Part shown: piece by piece, positions 45,484 through 54,066 of the stretch
Position numbering within the stretch: the first letter of the stretch is position 1
How the letters are laid out: each line of letters begins with the position of its first letter
DNA from: Candidatus Aenigmatarchaeota archaeon
GTDB taxonomy: Archaea > Aenigmatarchaeota > Aenigmatarchaeia > Aenigmatarchaeales > Aenigmatarchaeaceae
Length of the DNA stretch: 64,000 nucleotides
NCBI GenBank assembly: GCA_043802485.1
Contig: JAZDKZ010000001.1
Coordinates: 64,622-128,621 of the forward strand
Direction: 5' to 3'
Program-made: the position numbers and the translations under genes
The notes under the pieces: generated by a model
What the model saw: the letters and a program-made list of their open reading frames with translations, nothing else
The model's database searches: none
What the model was told of the DNA's origin: nothing

Positions 45484-45747
45484 ATGGTAACAGGTATTGT
45501 AAAATTTTTTAATCCGAACAAAAGCTTTGGGTTCATAACTGGTGATGACGGAAAGGATTATTTCGTCCATACAAGTGGATTGAAAGAAGGCGTTGACATC
45601 ACAGAAGGCGACAAAGTTTCCTTTGAAGTTGTTAAAGGCGACAAGGGACCAAAAGCTGAACAAGTTGAAAAAATAAAAGCTGCAGATTCAGACGATTCAG
45701 ACGATTCAGACGATTCAGACGAAGATGCAGAAGAAGATGTAGAATAA
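45484..45747 (+). CDS. csp: Cold-shock domain protein with an acidic Asp/Ser/Glu tail
   Basis: GIVKFFNPNKSFGFITGDDGKDYFVHTSGL shows RNP1- and RNP2-like motifs. The tail is ADSDDSDDSDDSDEDAEEDVE. A strong SD (aggaggt) precedes the ATG. Confidence 0.85.
   Translation: MVTGIVKFFNPNKSFGFITGDDGKDYFVHTSGLKEGVDITEGDKVSFEVVKGDKGPKAEQVEKIKAADSDDSDDSDDSDEDAEEDVE
45685..45720 (+). repeat. Perfect 9-bp tandem repeat x4 (gattcagac) inside the csp gene
   Basis: Read directly from the sequence. It encodes (DSD)x4 in the acidic tail. Confidence 0.95.
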
Positions 45748-45906
45748 TAAAATCTATTCTAAAAAACCTTTTGTAATTAATATTTGTAGCAACGGCTTTA
45801 AAATTAAGATTTGTCTATATTTGAAAAAAGCTTGCATTGAGAGTGCTATACTGAAATGGGTAAACCCCCCTAAAGCATTAAAAGCTGGTTTTTCTATAGT
45901 TTTAGT

Positions 45907-46068
45907 ATGGCAAAGTTCGATAAAAGGGGCGGTGTGATAGGGGCAGTTGTTGGAGCTACAGTAGCAATAACGATGGGTATGGTAAACCTTCCTATAGTAG
46001 AAAAAGTAGCAGTATCATGTGCTGTTGGTTTTATTGTGGGAATAACAATACATCTTATTTGGAAATAA
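45907..46068 (+). CDS. Small hypothetical membrane protein (53 aa)
   Basis: Hand translation gives MAKFDKRGGVIGAVVGATVAITMGMVNLPIVEKVAVSCAVGFIVGITIHLIWK, with two Gly/Ala/Val-rich TM helices. It is below the ORF-track cutoff. Confidence 0.3.
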   Translation: MAKFDKRGGVIGAVVGATVAITMGMVNLPIVEKVAVSCAVGFIVGITIHLIWK

Positions 46069-46140
46069 AATCTCTTTGATTTAGAAAGAAAACCTATTTA
46101 ACTCGGCTTGCACCAAATAAGATATAACTAAGGTGAAAAC

Positions 46141-46806
46141 ATGAAAAATCTAATTGTATTAACACTGCTGATTCTGCTTTTGAGCACTGTGGCTGTTTTG
46201 GCAGCGCAGGAGCAAATAGGCGTGGCAGCAACAGCTACGGCGACAAAGGTAGCAGCTTCGCCAGGAAGGATAACTGCTGTCCAGAAGAACCAGTTCAAGG
46301 AGACGCTCAGGAACTATTTTTCCACGGTTCTGCACGGCTACGGCATAGGCTTCACTGAAGAGAACTATGTGACGGCAAAGTGGCACATTAGCAATGTAAA
46401 GATAGTTCCCAAGGTCAACGTGAACCAGATGATAAGGGAAGCAAAGCAGGGCGAGGATACTGACTGGGACGCTGTCCGCGAAAGGGTAAGAGAGGCTTTG
46501 AGCACAGGAGCGACGACCGTGAAAAAAGGCAGGATAAGGATAGCTGGAACAGACTATGCCTTGACCAATATTGTTGTCTCGGACGGCTCTGCAACAGCTG
46601 ACATCAACCAGCTGCCAGACTATGTGGCTTGCAAGGAAGCGGAACTGTCGGCAGAGGAATGCGAAACTAACGCGGCAAAAGTTGGTGAGTTTTCGCTGAC
46701 AAGAAAAACAAGCACAAGCGATGCAAAAGAGCCAAACGTATGGGCAGGAACCTTGACACTCAGCGACATAGTCTACACATTTGTCACGTTCTCCTATCCA
46801 AGGTGA
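46141..46806 (+). CDS. Secreted hypothetical protein
   Basis: Sec-type signal MKNLIVLTLLILLLSTVAVLA/AQE, with an SD (aggtga) upstream. No family assignment. Confidence 0.45.
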   Translation: MKNLIVLTLLILLLSTVAVLAAQEQIGVAATATATKVAASPGRITAVQKNQFKETLRNYFSTVLHGYGIGFTEENYVTAKWHISNVKIVPKVNVNQMIREAKQGEDTDWDAVRERVREALSTGATTVKKGRIRIAGTDYALTNIVVSDGSATADINQLPDYVACKEAELSAEECETNAAKVGEFSLTRKTSTSDAKEPNVWAGTLTLSDIVYTFVTFSYPR

Positions 46807-46810
46807 TTGA

Positions 46811-47098
46811 ATGAACAAGACAATAATAGCTGCTTCGGTCCTGATAATAGTAGCAGTGGTGGCGATATTGGTGCTGCCGATGCCGTTTAGTCAGGAGACA
46901 GGTCCAGCAGGAACAGAGCAGGAAGTGGTTATAGGGGATAGCGTACAAGTGACCATTGACGAGGAGTTTGCGCTTCAGGACATGTACATCGAGATGCTCA
47001 ACGAGGAGATGGACTCTTTGGACATGGAGCAGACTGACTTTAACGAAGAGATGGAAGACAGCATGGCAGAAGACATGAGCCAGTTCTACTACCAGTAA
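46811..47098 (+). CDS. N-terminally anchored acidic protein
   Basis: The anchor MNKTIIAASVLIIVAVVAILVL is followed by an acidic Met/Glu/Asp-rich tail with NEEMDSLDME and NEEMEDSMAEDM. It starts 4 nt after the previous ORF. Confidence 0.4.
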   Translation: MNKTIIAASVLIIVAVVAILVLPMPFSQETGPAGTEQEVVIGDSVQVTIDEEFALQDMYIEMLNEEMDSLDMEQTDFNEEMEDSMAEDMSQFYYQ

Positions 47099-47124
47099 TT
47101 TTTTATTTTCCCTTTCTTTTTATT

Positions 47125-47766
47125 TTATCTATGCAGCCTAAGCTCTCCACGTCTCACATAAGAAGAATCAGGCTCTATTTTCATCGCGTTCACAAGTTCT
47201 GGTTCTAAACTAGGGTTGCTCAAGGCCCCGCCATAGATGCCTTTTTTGCATGCTATCGTGTGGCCAGCGTTTATTGGGCCGAAAAGAGTGCACACAGTCC
47301 CTTGGGAACGGATGTCCCCGTCCGCTTCTAGAAGGGTCCCTGCTATTATGTCTCCTCTGGATGATATTGAGCCTCTACACACCAACTTTGTAAATGTCTC
47401 TATTCTTCCAGAGGATTTCAGGTCACCCTCCACAAGCATGTCCCTGATACTTGTGGTCCTCCCGACTTCCAGGTTCCCACGCACCTCTACCTCTACATTG
47501 GGAGCCAACAGACTGGAACCTACGACCAAGTCGCCATTAAAAACAAGATGTTTCTCTCCCTCATAGATAGTCATGTTGTTGTCGACTCGCGTATTTCCTT
47601 TAACACTCAGGCCCTTTGCGGCGATAATCTCATAAGCATGTATAGACGATTTCACTTCGCAGTAATTTTCGAATATGACCCTTTGGAAGGGAAACATGAA
47701 AGAACTTTCATAAGATTTTTTGTTCAATTCACTATCTTTGATTATCTTTGTTTTTAAAGAAACCAT
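47125..47766 (-). CDS. Beta-helical repeat protein, bactofilin-like (polymer-forming cytoskeletal family candidate)
   Basis: The stretch FNGDLVVGSSLLAPNVEVEVRGNLEVGRTTSIRDMLVEGDLKSSGRIETFTKLVCRGSISSRGDIIAGTLLEADGDIRSQGTV has periodic G/D-hydrophobic repeats and no signal peptide. The start was set at the ATG at 47766. Confidence 0.45.
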   Translation of the reverse strand: MVSLKTKIIKDSELNKKSYESSFMFPFQRVIFENYCEVKSSIHAYEIIAAKGLSVKGNTRVDNNMTIYEGEKHLVFNGDLVVGSSLLAPNVEVEVRGNLEVGRTTSIRDMLVEGDLKSSGRIETFTKLVCRGSISSRGDIIAGTLLEADGDIRSQGTVCTLFGPINAGHTIACKKGIYGGALSNPSLEPELVNAMKIEPDSSYVRRGELRLHR

Positions 47767-47771
47767 AAGAA

Positions 47772-47903
47772 TCAACCCATGAGCTCTAATCGCCTGACAG
47801 CGTCCCTTACGGCCTCTGACCTGTTGGGATAGATGCCGCTTTCGATTAGAACGTCTATCTTTTGGATCAATTCCCTTGTTAATCGTATTTGTATTGGATG
47901 CAC
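47772..47903 (-). CDS. Ribbon-helix-helix (CopG/NikR-type) DNA-binding protein, 43 aa
   Basis: Not in the ORF track. Hand translation from a GTG start gives (M)HPIQIRLTRELIQKIDVLIESGIYPNRSEAVRDAVRRLELMG, a classic RHH pattern. Its stop abuts the downstream bactofilin-like ORF. Confidence 0.55.
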   Translation of the reverse strand: MHPIQIRLTRELIQKIDVLIESGIYPNRSEAVRDAVRRLELMG

Positions 47904-48083
47904 ATTACCACTGTCTATTTATTGAAAGCAAAAAGATTTAAGCTTGTTTCAGGATTTAGTACAAGTGTTAGACAATTGTAGTTGATGCGTAATGCTAGTA
48001 AAGCAATAAATAGTTTCAAGTTCTATTAGGATTGTGTATTTTCTTAAAATGCAACATAAAAAAATTCTGTGTGAGGTGAGTAA

Positions 48084-51000
48084 ATGAAGCTATTCGGTAA
48101 AAGATTAAAAGGAACTTCTGGCGTCGCTATCGGCGCAATGGTCGTGCTCACGCTCGCGTTTTTAGTTGCTAGCGTCAGCTATATGATGCCTGGTTTGGCT
48201 GCTCACCTCAACTCAGCTGAAATACAACCAGAATGGTCTCCATCGGGTGATACAATAGATTATAGTGTGGAGATATGTAATGTTCCTGACGGTGGAGATT
48301 CGATTGATGAAGTTAGAATTTATGAGACAACGGGTTATACTATAGTAACCGCAGATGACAAAACAGGATGGTATAAATCACCATACAACCCTGTTAAGAA
48401 ATATTACCAATATACTGCTGAAGATTCTTCCTATTATATTGATGAGGGGGAGTGTACTACTTTCTATTTTAGAGCTACAACACCATTAACACCTTATTGT
48501 GATTTGCAATGGAAGTTTGAAACAAGAGATGTGAATGATGTTTGGAAATTTGCTTATGACTATACAAGCGTTGATGATATGGAACCCGTTATAATAAAAA
48601 CTTTAGGTGAACCTAAAATAGAAAACGGAGAGACATGGATAACTCAAGACACACAAATAAGGATTGAATTTTATGATCAAGGAACTTGTGGTGTAAGTGG
48701 CTTAGATTACTGTGATTATAGGTATGACATCGATGATGATACATCGATGCTATGGACAAGAATTCAGTGGCAAAGAGTCCAGCTTGGTAGCCCGCCACAC
48801 TATTTCTTCAACTTTACCTATAATGAAGACTCTCTGCATCATTTGGAGATAAGATGCTATGATGTAGCTGGTAACATGGCTTATCATGAACAAACTGAGA
48901 GAGTTGATGACACACCACCTGCAACAACAAAGGTTGTTAGTGAACCCAAGAAATTGGTTCCAATACCAGGAACACCATGGTTTGTTGAGTATGTTGACAC
49001 AACAACAACAATTACTTTGAATGCTGTTGATGGCGGTCCAATCTGTGCAATAGACGTTGACAAGACTTGGTACAAGAATGAAGTTTACACAGAACAAGTT
49101 TTAGCATCAGTTACCAATGGAAATGGTGGTCCTCACGGGTACGACTATTGTTATCATCCTGATTTGTACTGCAATGACAATTACTTGCCGATGCCTACAC
49201 CATACGATGCTCAGGATCCTGGTTGTATAAATGCAGGGCAAGAATATTGTACTGAATTTTGGGATCAAGTAACAAATGGAGGACCTTATCCTAGCTGGGA
49301 AGCATGTGTAGAAGATTATGCCCACAAAAAATGTAGTGTTGATTCATCATGGAAACTTTATGATGGAACGCCAATAACAAAGGACGAAGAATCATGCCAC
49401 ATCCTATATTACTTCAGTATTGACCATCTAGGAAACATGGAAAATATGCAATATAATTGTTTCTTTGTTGACAAGACACCACCAGTTGGAACAAAAGAAA
49501 TAGGAATACCAAGGATACCAATACCAGACAACGAATTCCAAACTATAGGTGAAGGGACTGCTGAATGGACAGACTCAAAATATTATTTTGGGAACTATTC
49601 TGTAAGATTATATGTTGTAGATGGTTCAAGTGACGTAGCTGCAGTTGAGTATGATGTTGACATAGCCTTGGAAGATATCGATGAATTATCATTCTGGCAA
49701 AAAATATCCAACACATATGGAGTTAATGTAATATTAGGGATAGATGCAGATGCAGATGGTACCTATGAATCTCTAGACAAGCCATGGCATTTCAGCCATG
49801 ACCCAAATGATTTGGGAGATGACTCATTCATAGAAATGGATGGAATGTATCTGAGTAGTGGAAGTTGGGAAGAAGTAAATGCTTTATCTATTTCACAATG
49901 GTGGACTCCAAATGACGATGGAAACGGTTTCTGTGCAGATTTTGGATGGAACTACTTGAGCGATATTCAATCAACAACTAGGTGTCGTGTGGAACCAACA
50001 GACAGAGTTAAAGTAATTAGGTTACTCATCGGTGGTTCAGGTACTTGGACAGACAAGGTTGCTTTTGTGGACGATATAACGTTGAACGGAGAAACAATTA
50101 GATTAGAACCACAAAATTATTGGGTAAGAGACGATACTTTAATAGCTGGAACACCAATAACATTGACTTGTGTAGACCCAGAACCACACCCATCAGGTGA
50201 TGAAGAAGTTTGTTTCAGGGTTTCATATGATATTGAACCTTGGTTAACAACAGATTATTGTACTGATGTGAAAGGTACAATGCAAGGTGGATCAGATAAT
50301 GATTGGTGTTGTGTAGATAATACTGCACAAATAGTCTTCCACGAAGACTCCTTGCATGATTTGGAATATTATTGTATAGATGCTGTTGATAAGCAAAGTG
50401 AAATTGATTTAGAATACTTTAGAGTTGATTCTCTACCACCAATAATAACTAAAGAAATGATTGGCGAAGACCATCTAGGATATAGAGATGGTGTATTAAA
50501 TGAAGATGCATGTCCACCAAAACCAGGACAGCCAGATGAATGTTTTGTGAGAGATCATGAAGAGAATGGAGTAAGAATCATAGTTGCTGATGACATGACT
50601 TACCCAGAATGTGCTGTTGGTGACTTAGATTGTTATTATGAACTTTGGTGGCAGACTGATTTGGATACGTGCATCAATGAGTTGGGTCCAGAGCACCTAT
50701 ACAACTTTGAAACAGATCAATGCTTTGTCGAAGGTGGCCAATTCGGAGAAGGAAAGGACATAATTTTCACAGAAGATTCGACGCATGAACTGTATATAGA
50801 ATGTGAGGATGCACTCGGAAACTATGTTGAAGATACTGAAATTTTCAAAGTTGATTCAACACCTCCGGAGACAGAAAAAACTTATGGAGAACCTTCAGAA
50901 GTTGATCCAACCTGTGAAAGTGAATGTATCAGCACGTGTACAAACTCTCTATTAGATAATGAATGTTTAGAAGATTGCTTGCACGAACATTGCTTATGGT

Positions 51001-52376
51001 GGATTAGCTCTTCGACATTAATAACATTAACTCCTGGTGAGGATGAGAAAGTTGGTCTTGACGAGACGCAATATAGAGTAAGTGGTGCATTAGCAGACAG
51101 CTTCTGCCACAATTGTGCAAACTGGATGCAATTATTGAGGCCAGACATGGGACCATGGCAAACATATGTAGATGGTCAACCATTCACAATACCACAAGAA
51201 TCCTGTCACGTCATAGAATATAGAAGCGTTGACTTGCTAGGAAATCAGGAAGATATCAGGTGGCAGTGTGTATTCGTAGATAACACACCACCTGAAGTGA
51301 ACAAAACAATAAGTGGTACACAAGAAGAATGGGAAGGAGACGATACATTCTATGAAAACTTAATAGCAAGATGTGCTGCAGGCGATATAGAATGTTGGAA
51401 GGTGACTTTAGGAACTACACTATCATTAGAATGTAGCGAACCGACTCACTCTGGTGACAGAAATGATATGTGTTTCAGATTAGAGTTGGATGGAGAACTT
51501 GAAACAGAGAAATATTGTGTTTGGTATGGAGGAATTGGAGTAAATGAAGATGATGACGAATATGATGAATGGTGTTGTTTAGATGGAGGAATAGAAGAAT
51601 TCCATTTCCTTGAAGAATCACAGCACGACTTGGAAGTAAAGTGTATAGACCCACTATACGAGAGCGCGATTGACGAGGAGAAGTTCAAAGTTGAGGGATG
51701 CCCATTCGATATATGTCTGAACAAGAAATGGAACCTAATATCAGTGCCATTTGTATTGTTCAATAGTGATCCAGATGTGGTATTTAATGAAGTAAAAGGA
51801 GACATAGCCTCGGTTTGGACATACGATCCTTCACAATGCCCGAGCGATGGTTGGTGTGTTTGGACACCAGATGGAAGCGGAAACTTAAATAATATCAGAC
51901 CCGGTTGGGGATATTGGGTACTTTCCAAAGAAGATCAAGTATGTTTTGAGATAGCAGGAAGTTTGATGAGCCCAACGGAGGTCCCACCTTCAAGAACATT
52001 ACAATCGGGATGGAATTTGATAGGTTATTACGGAAATACAGGATTGAATGAAGATAAATGGTGGTTTGAATGTGGTGACGATTTGGATCAGTGCTACATC
52101 GCAAGTAGACCAGTTTACTGCGCGCTGAACTCATTGGTTGACACACATATAGGCTTCCCGAGATGGAGTTCATTATATGCATACAATAACTACGGAAACG
52201 ATGATGCAGGATGGGATCCGATGGATGCATGCGTAGGTGGATTTTGGAATACAGAATATATGAATCCAGGTCAAGGATACTGGATAGAAATGGACGTTTC
52301 AGATGGCTATGCACCAGCTACTAACTGTATTTGGAACAGTGACTTAAAGTGTGTACTTGAATGGCCTGGGGCTTAA
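48084..52376 (+). CDS. Giant (1430 aa) cysteine-rich modular cell-surface protein
   Basis: The N-terminus is MKLFGKRLKG/TSGVAIGAMVVLTLAFLVASV. Module boundaries of the form [F/V]xVD[D/K/S/N]xPP recur at aa 163, 274, 462, 781, 923 and 1065, with a variant KVEGCP at 1203. Each is preceded by [E/Q][D/E]SxHxLE/Y...D..GN. An SD (gaggtga) lies upstream. Confidence 0.8.
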   Translation: MKLFGKRLKGTSGVAIGAMVVLTLAFLVASVSYMMPGLAAHLNSAEIQPEWSPSGDTIDYSVEICNVPDGGDSIDEVRIYETTGYTIVTADDKTGWYKSPYNPVKKYYQYTAEDSSYYIDEGECTTFYFRATTPLTPYCDLQWKFETRDVNDVWKFAYDYTSVDDMEPVIIKTLGEPKIENGETWITQDTQIRIEFYDQGTCGVSGLDYCDYRYDIDDDTSMLWTRIQWQRVQLGSPPHYFFNFTYNEDSLHHLEIRCYDVAGNMAYHEQTERVDDTPPATTKVVSEPKKLVPIPGTPWFVEYVDTTTTITLNAVDGGPICAIDVDKTWYKNEVYTEQVLASVTNGNGGPHGYDYCYHPDLYCNDNYLPMPTPYDAQDPGCINAGQEYCTEFWDQVTNGGPYPSWEACVEDYAHKKCSVDSSWKLYDGTPITKDEESCHILYYFSIDHLGNMENMQYNCFFVDKTPPVGTKEIGIPRIPIPDNEFQTIGEGTAEWTDSKYYFGNYSVRLYVVDGSSDVAAVEYDVDIALEDIDELSFWQKISNTYGVNVILGIDADADGTYESLDKPWHFSHDPNDLGDDSFIEMDGMYLSSGSWEEVNALSISQWWTPNDDGNGFCADFGWNYLSDIQSTTRCRVEPTDRVKVIRLLIGGSGTWTDKVAFVDDITLNGETIRLEPQNYWVRDDTLIAGTPITLTCVDPEPHPSGDEEVCFRVSYDIEPWLTTDYCTDVKGTMQGGSDNDWCCVDNTAQIVFHEDSLHDLEYYCIDAVDKQSEIDLEYFRVDSLPPIITKEMIGEDHLGYRDGVLNEDACPPKPGQPDECFVRDHEENGVRIIVADDMTYPECAVGDLDCYYELWWQTDLDTCINELGPEHLYNFETDQCFVEGGQFGEGKDIIFTEDSTHELYIECEDALGNYVEDTEIFKVDSTPPETEKTYGEPSEVDPTCESECISTCTNSLLDNECLEDCLHEHCLWWISSSTLITLTPGEDEKVGLDETQYRVSGALADSFCHNCANWMQLLRPDMGPWQTYVDGQPFTIPQESCHVIEYRSVDLLGNQEDIRWQCVFVDNTPPEVNKTISGTQEEWEGDDTFYENLIARCAAGDIECWKVTLGTTLSLECSEPTHSGDRNDMCFRLELDGELETEKYCVWYGGIGVNEDDDEYDEWCCLDGGIEEFHFLEESQHDLEVKCIDPLYESAIDEEKFKVEGCPFDICLNKKWNLISVPFVLFNSDPDVVFNEVKGDIASVWTYDPSQCPSDGWCVWTPDGSGNLNNIRPGWGYWVLSKEDQVCFEIAGSLMSPTEVPPSRTLQSGWNLIGYYGNTGLNEDKWWFECGDDLDQCYIASRPVYCALNSLVDTHIGFPRWSSLYAYNNYGNDDAGWDPMDACVGGFWNTEYMNPGQGYWIEMDVSDGYAPATNCIWNSDLKCVLEWPGA

Positions 52377-52402
52377 TTTTTTACCCCGACTTTTATTTTT
52401 TT
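52377..52402 (+). terminator. Oligo-T tract after the giant gene (archaeal intrinsic terminator candidate)
   Basis: ttttttaccccgacttttattttttt follows the TAA stop directly. Confidence 0.35.
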
Positions 52403-52466
52403 GATTTATAACCATAAACAAAGAACGTTTAAATAGTTTTTTGTTTAATTATTGCTGTTGAGTAAA

Positions 52467-53249
52467 ATGAATATTAAATTTTTAACAACGATGATTATTG
52501 CTCTAATGCTTTTTGCTAATATTGTTTTAGCAATACCAGCTATGTCACACAAGTTCTATGGAACCGTTACTATAAATGGTCAGCCAGCTCCTGATGGAAC
52601 AACAGTCACAGCAAAAATAAATGGTGTAGATGTATCAAGCACAACGACTTCTGGAGGTAATTATGGGGATGACTATTCTTTCGGAGTGCCTGACCCAGAC
52701 GGAATTAGAGTTGGAAGCGAAATAAGGCTTTTTGTAAATAATGTTTATAGTGGTGTTTCAGCGGTATTTTGCAATGCTTGCTATAATCTTTGTGGTACTG
52801 ATTCAGTAGGTTGTGCACCATTGAATTTGGCTGTTACAATCCCGACAACCACAGGTGGCGCTTCGCCTTCAGGCGGAGGAGCATCCACAACAACAAGCAC
52901 GACCGGAACAACTGGAACCACAGAAACAACCAGCGCAATCACTGAGACAGGTTGCCAGGAGAAATGGACCTGTTCGAATTGGGGCGAGTGTGTAAACGGC
53001 ATCCAGGCAAGAACCTGTGAGGACGAGAACGCCTGCGGAACCAACAGCAGGGAGCCTTTTGCGAGCCAACCATGCTCAGCAGAGGAAAGAAAGGAAGCGG
53101 AAGCATCTGCAGGGCCAATAGGATTCTTTTTGCTGTCATCAACCGACTTGGCAGTTGCCGCAGCGGTCGGAGCTGTGGCCTCGGCAGTGATCATATTCTT
53201 GATAATGAGAAGAAAACCCAAGCCAGTGCCTGTAGTTGTAGTTGGTTAG
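52467..53249 (+). CDS. Secreted, C-terminally anchored protein with a Thr/Gly/Ser-rich linker and a six-Cys TSP1-like module
   Basis: Signal MNIKFLTTMIIALMLFANIVLA, linker PTTTGGASPSGGGASTTTSTTGTTGTTETTSA, and module CQEKWTCSNWGECVNGIQARTCEDENACGTNSREPFASQPC. The C-terminal TM helix is followed by RRKPKP. Confidence 0.6.
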   Translation: MNIKFLTTMIIALMLFANIVLAIPAMSHKFYGTVTINGQPAPDGTTVTAKINGVDVSSTTTSGGNYGDDYSFGVPDPDGIRVGSEIRLFVNNVYSGVSAVFCNACYNLCGTDSVGCAPLNLAVTIPTTTGGASPSGGGASTTTSTTGTTGTTETTSAITETGCQEKWTCSNWGECVNGIQARTCEDENACGTNSREPFASQPCSAEERKEAEASAGPIGFFLLSSTDLAVAAAVGAVASAVIIFLIMRRKPKPVPVVVVG

Positions 53250-53275
53250 CACTACTAGTTAAGGATAAAAAGCTA

Positions 53276-53300
53276 GTCAAGTATTTATTGCTTTCTGTTC
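53276..53300 (+). promoter_or_regulatory. 25-nt promoter/operator-like element, copy 1 (upstream of the deacetylase-like/GT2 operon)
   Basis: gtcaagtatttattgctttctgttc is identical to 55486..55510. It ends 13 nt before the ATG at 53314 and contains a TATA-like tatttatt. Confidence 0.55.
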
Positions 53301-53313
53301 TAATAGAAGTAGC

Positions 53314-54066
53314 ATGTCCAAAAAAGTGAAATTTTTAATAATAATGTTACTCTCAATAGCAATCTCTGCTGTAGCAGCCCAAGCCATGATCAATTTCCCT
53401 GACTTTAAGGTCTTCCCGATGATATATGACGAGAGCATGCCTGGCAAGCTGCTGGACAAGCTTGCTGACATAGACAGGCTGTCCTTTGTCGAGCTGGCGC
53501 AGCACGGCTACGCGCACAAGACGAACGAGACGCTCCTGGAGGTGATGCAGGGCTACGGCATACTAAAGTACAACTGCTCCCTTGACATAAAGTACTACAT
53601 ACCTCCTTTTGACGACCTTCCCGACTATCCTATCCCTGAGAAACTGTTCTACATACCGAAAAAGACCGATGGTTTGTACTATCAAAAAGAGAGGATGGAC
53701 TATGGCGAAAACAATGTGGACGGAGGAATGACCATGGCCATCCACATACAGGACCCGATAACGTCCGAATGGCTGGACTTTATAACAGAGGGCAGGACTA
53801 TAGACTATCTCCGCGTCGATGACATAAACACGGACATTGTGGATGTGGACACGCAGATCAACAAAATATACACCATGATAACATTCTGCGGCAGGAATAA
53901 CTGCACCCTTGTGATGGCAGTGATACCGGTTGTTCCCAGGCTCTACAAGTCTGACCAGAGCTATCTGTTCTACAACAAGGCGATGATAGCCCTTGGCGTA
54001 TTGCTCATACTTCCCATATACCTGTTCTATTTCCTGAGCTATTACCTGAGGCGGTGGGTCGAATGA
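53314..54066 (+). CDS. Signal-anchored protein, possibly a DUF2334/polysaccharide deacetylase-like domain, with a C-terminal TM helix
   Basis: Signal MSKKVKFLIIMLLSIAISAVAAQA. The FVELAQHGYAHK (HGYxH) segment resembles DUF2334-type putative deacetylases. Its stop overlaps the GT2 start (ATGA). Confidence 0.4.
   Translation: MSKKVKFLIIMLLSIAISAVAAQAMINFPDFKVFPMIYDESMPGKLLDKLADIDRLSFVELAQHGYAHKTNETLLEVMQGYGILKYNCSLDIKYYIPPFDDLPDYPIPEKLFYIPKKTDGLYYQKERMDYGENNVDGGMTMAIHIQDPITSEWLDFITEGRTIDYLRVDDINTDIVDVDTQINKIYTMITFCGRNNCTLVMAVIPVVPRLYKSDQSYLFYNKAMIALGVLLILPIYLFYFLSYYLRRWVE

Noticed and set aside
46159-46818. A 219-aa minus-strand ORF fully overlapping the secreted-protein gene 46141..46806
   Set aside because: The + strand ORF has a proper SD, ATG and signal peptide. 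The minus-strand translation is Cys/Arg-rich, lacks a plausible start context, and would run into the neighbouring gene.
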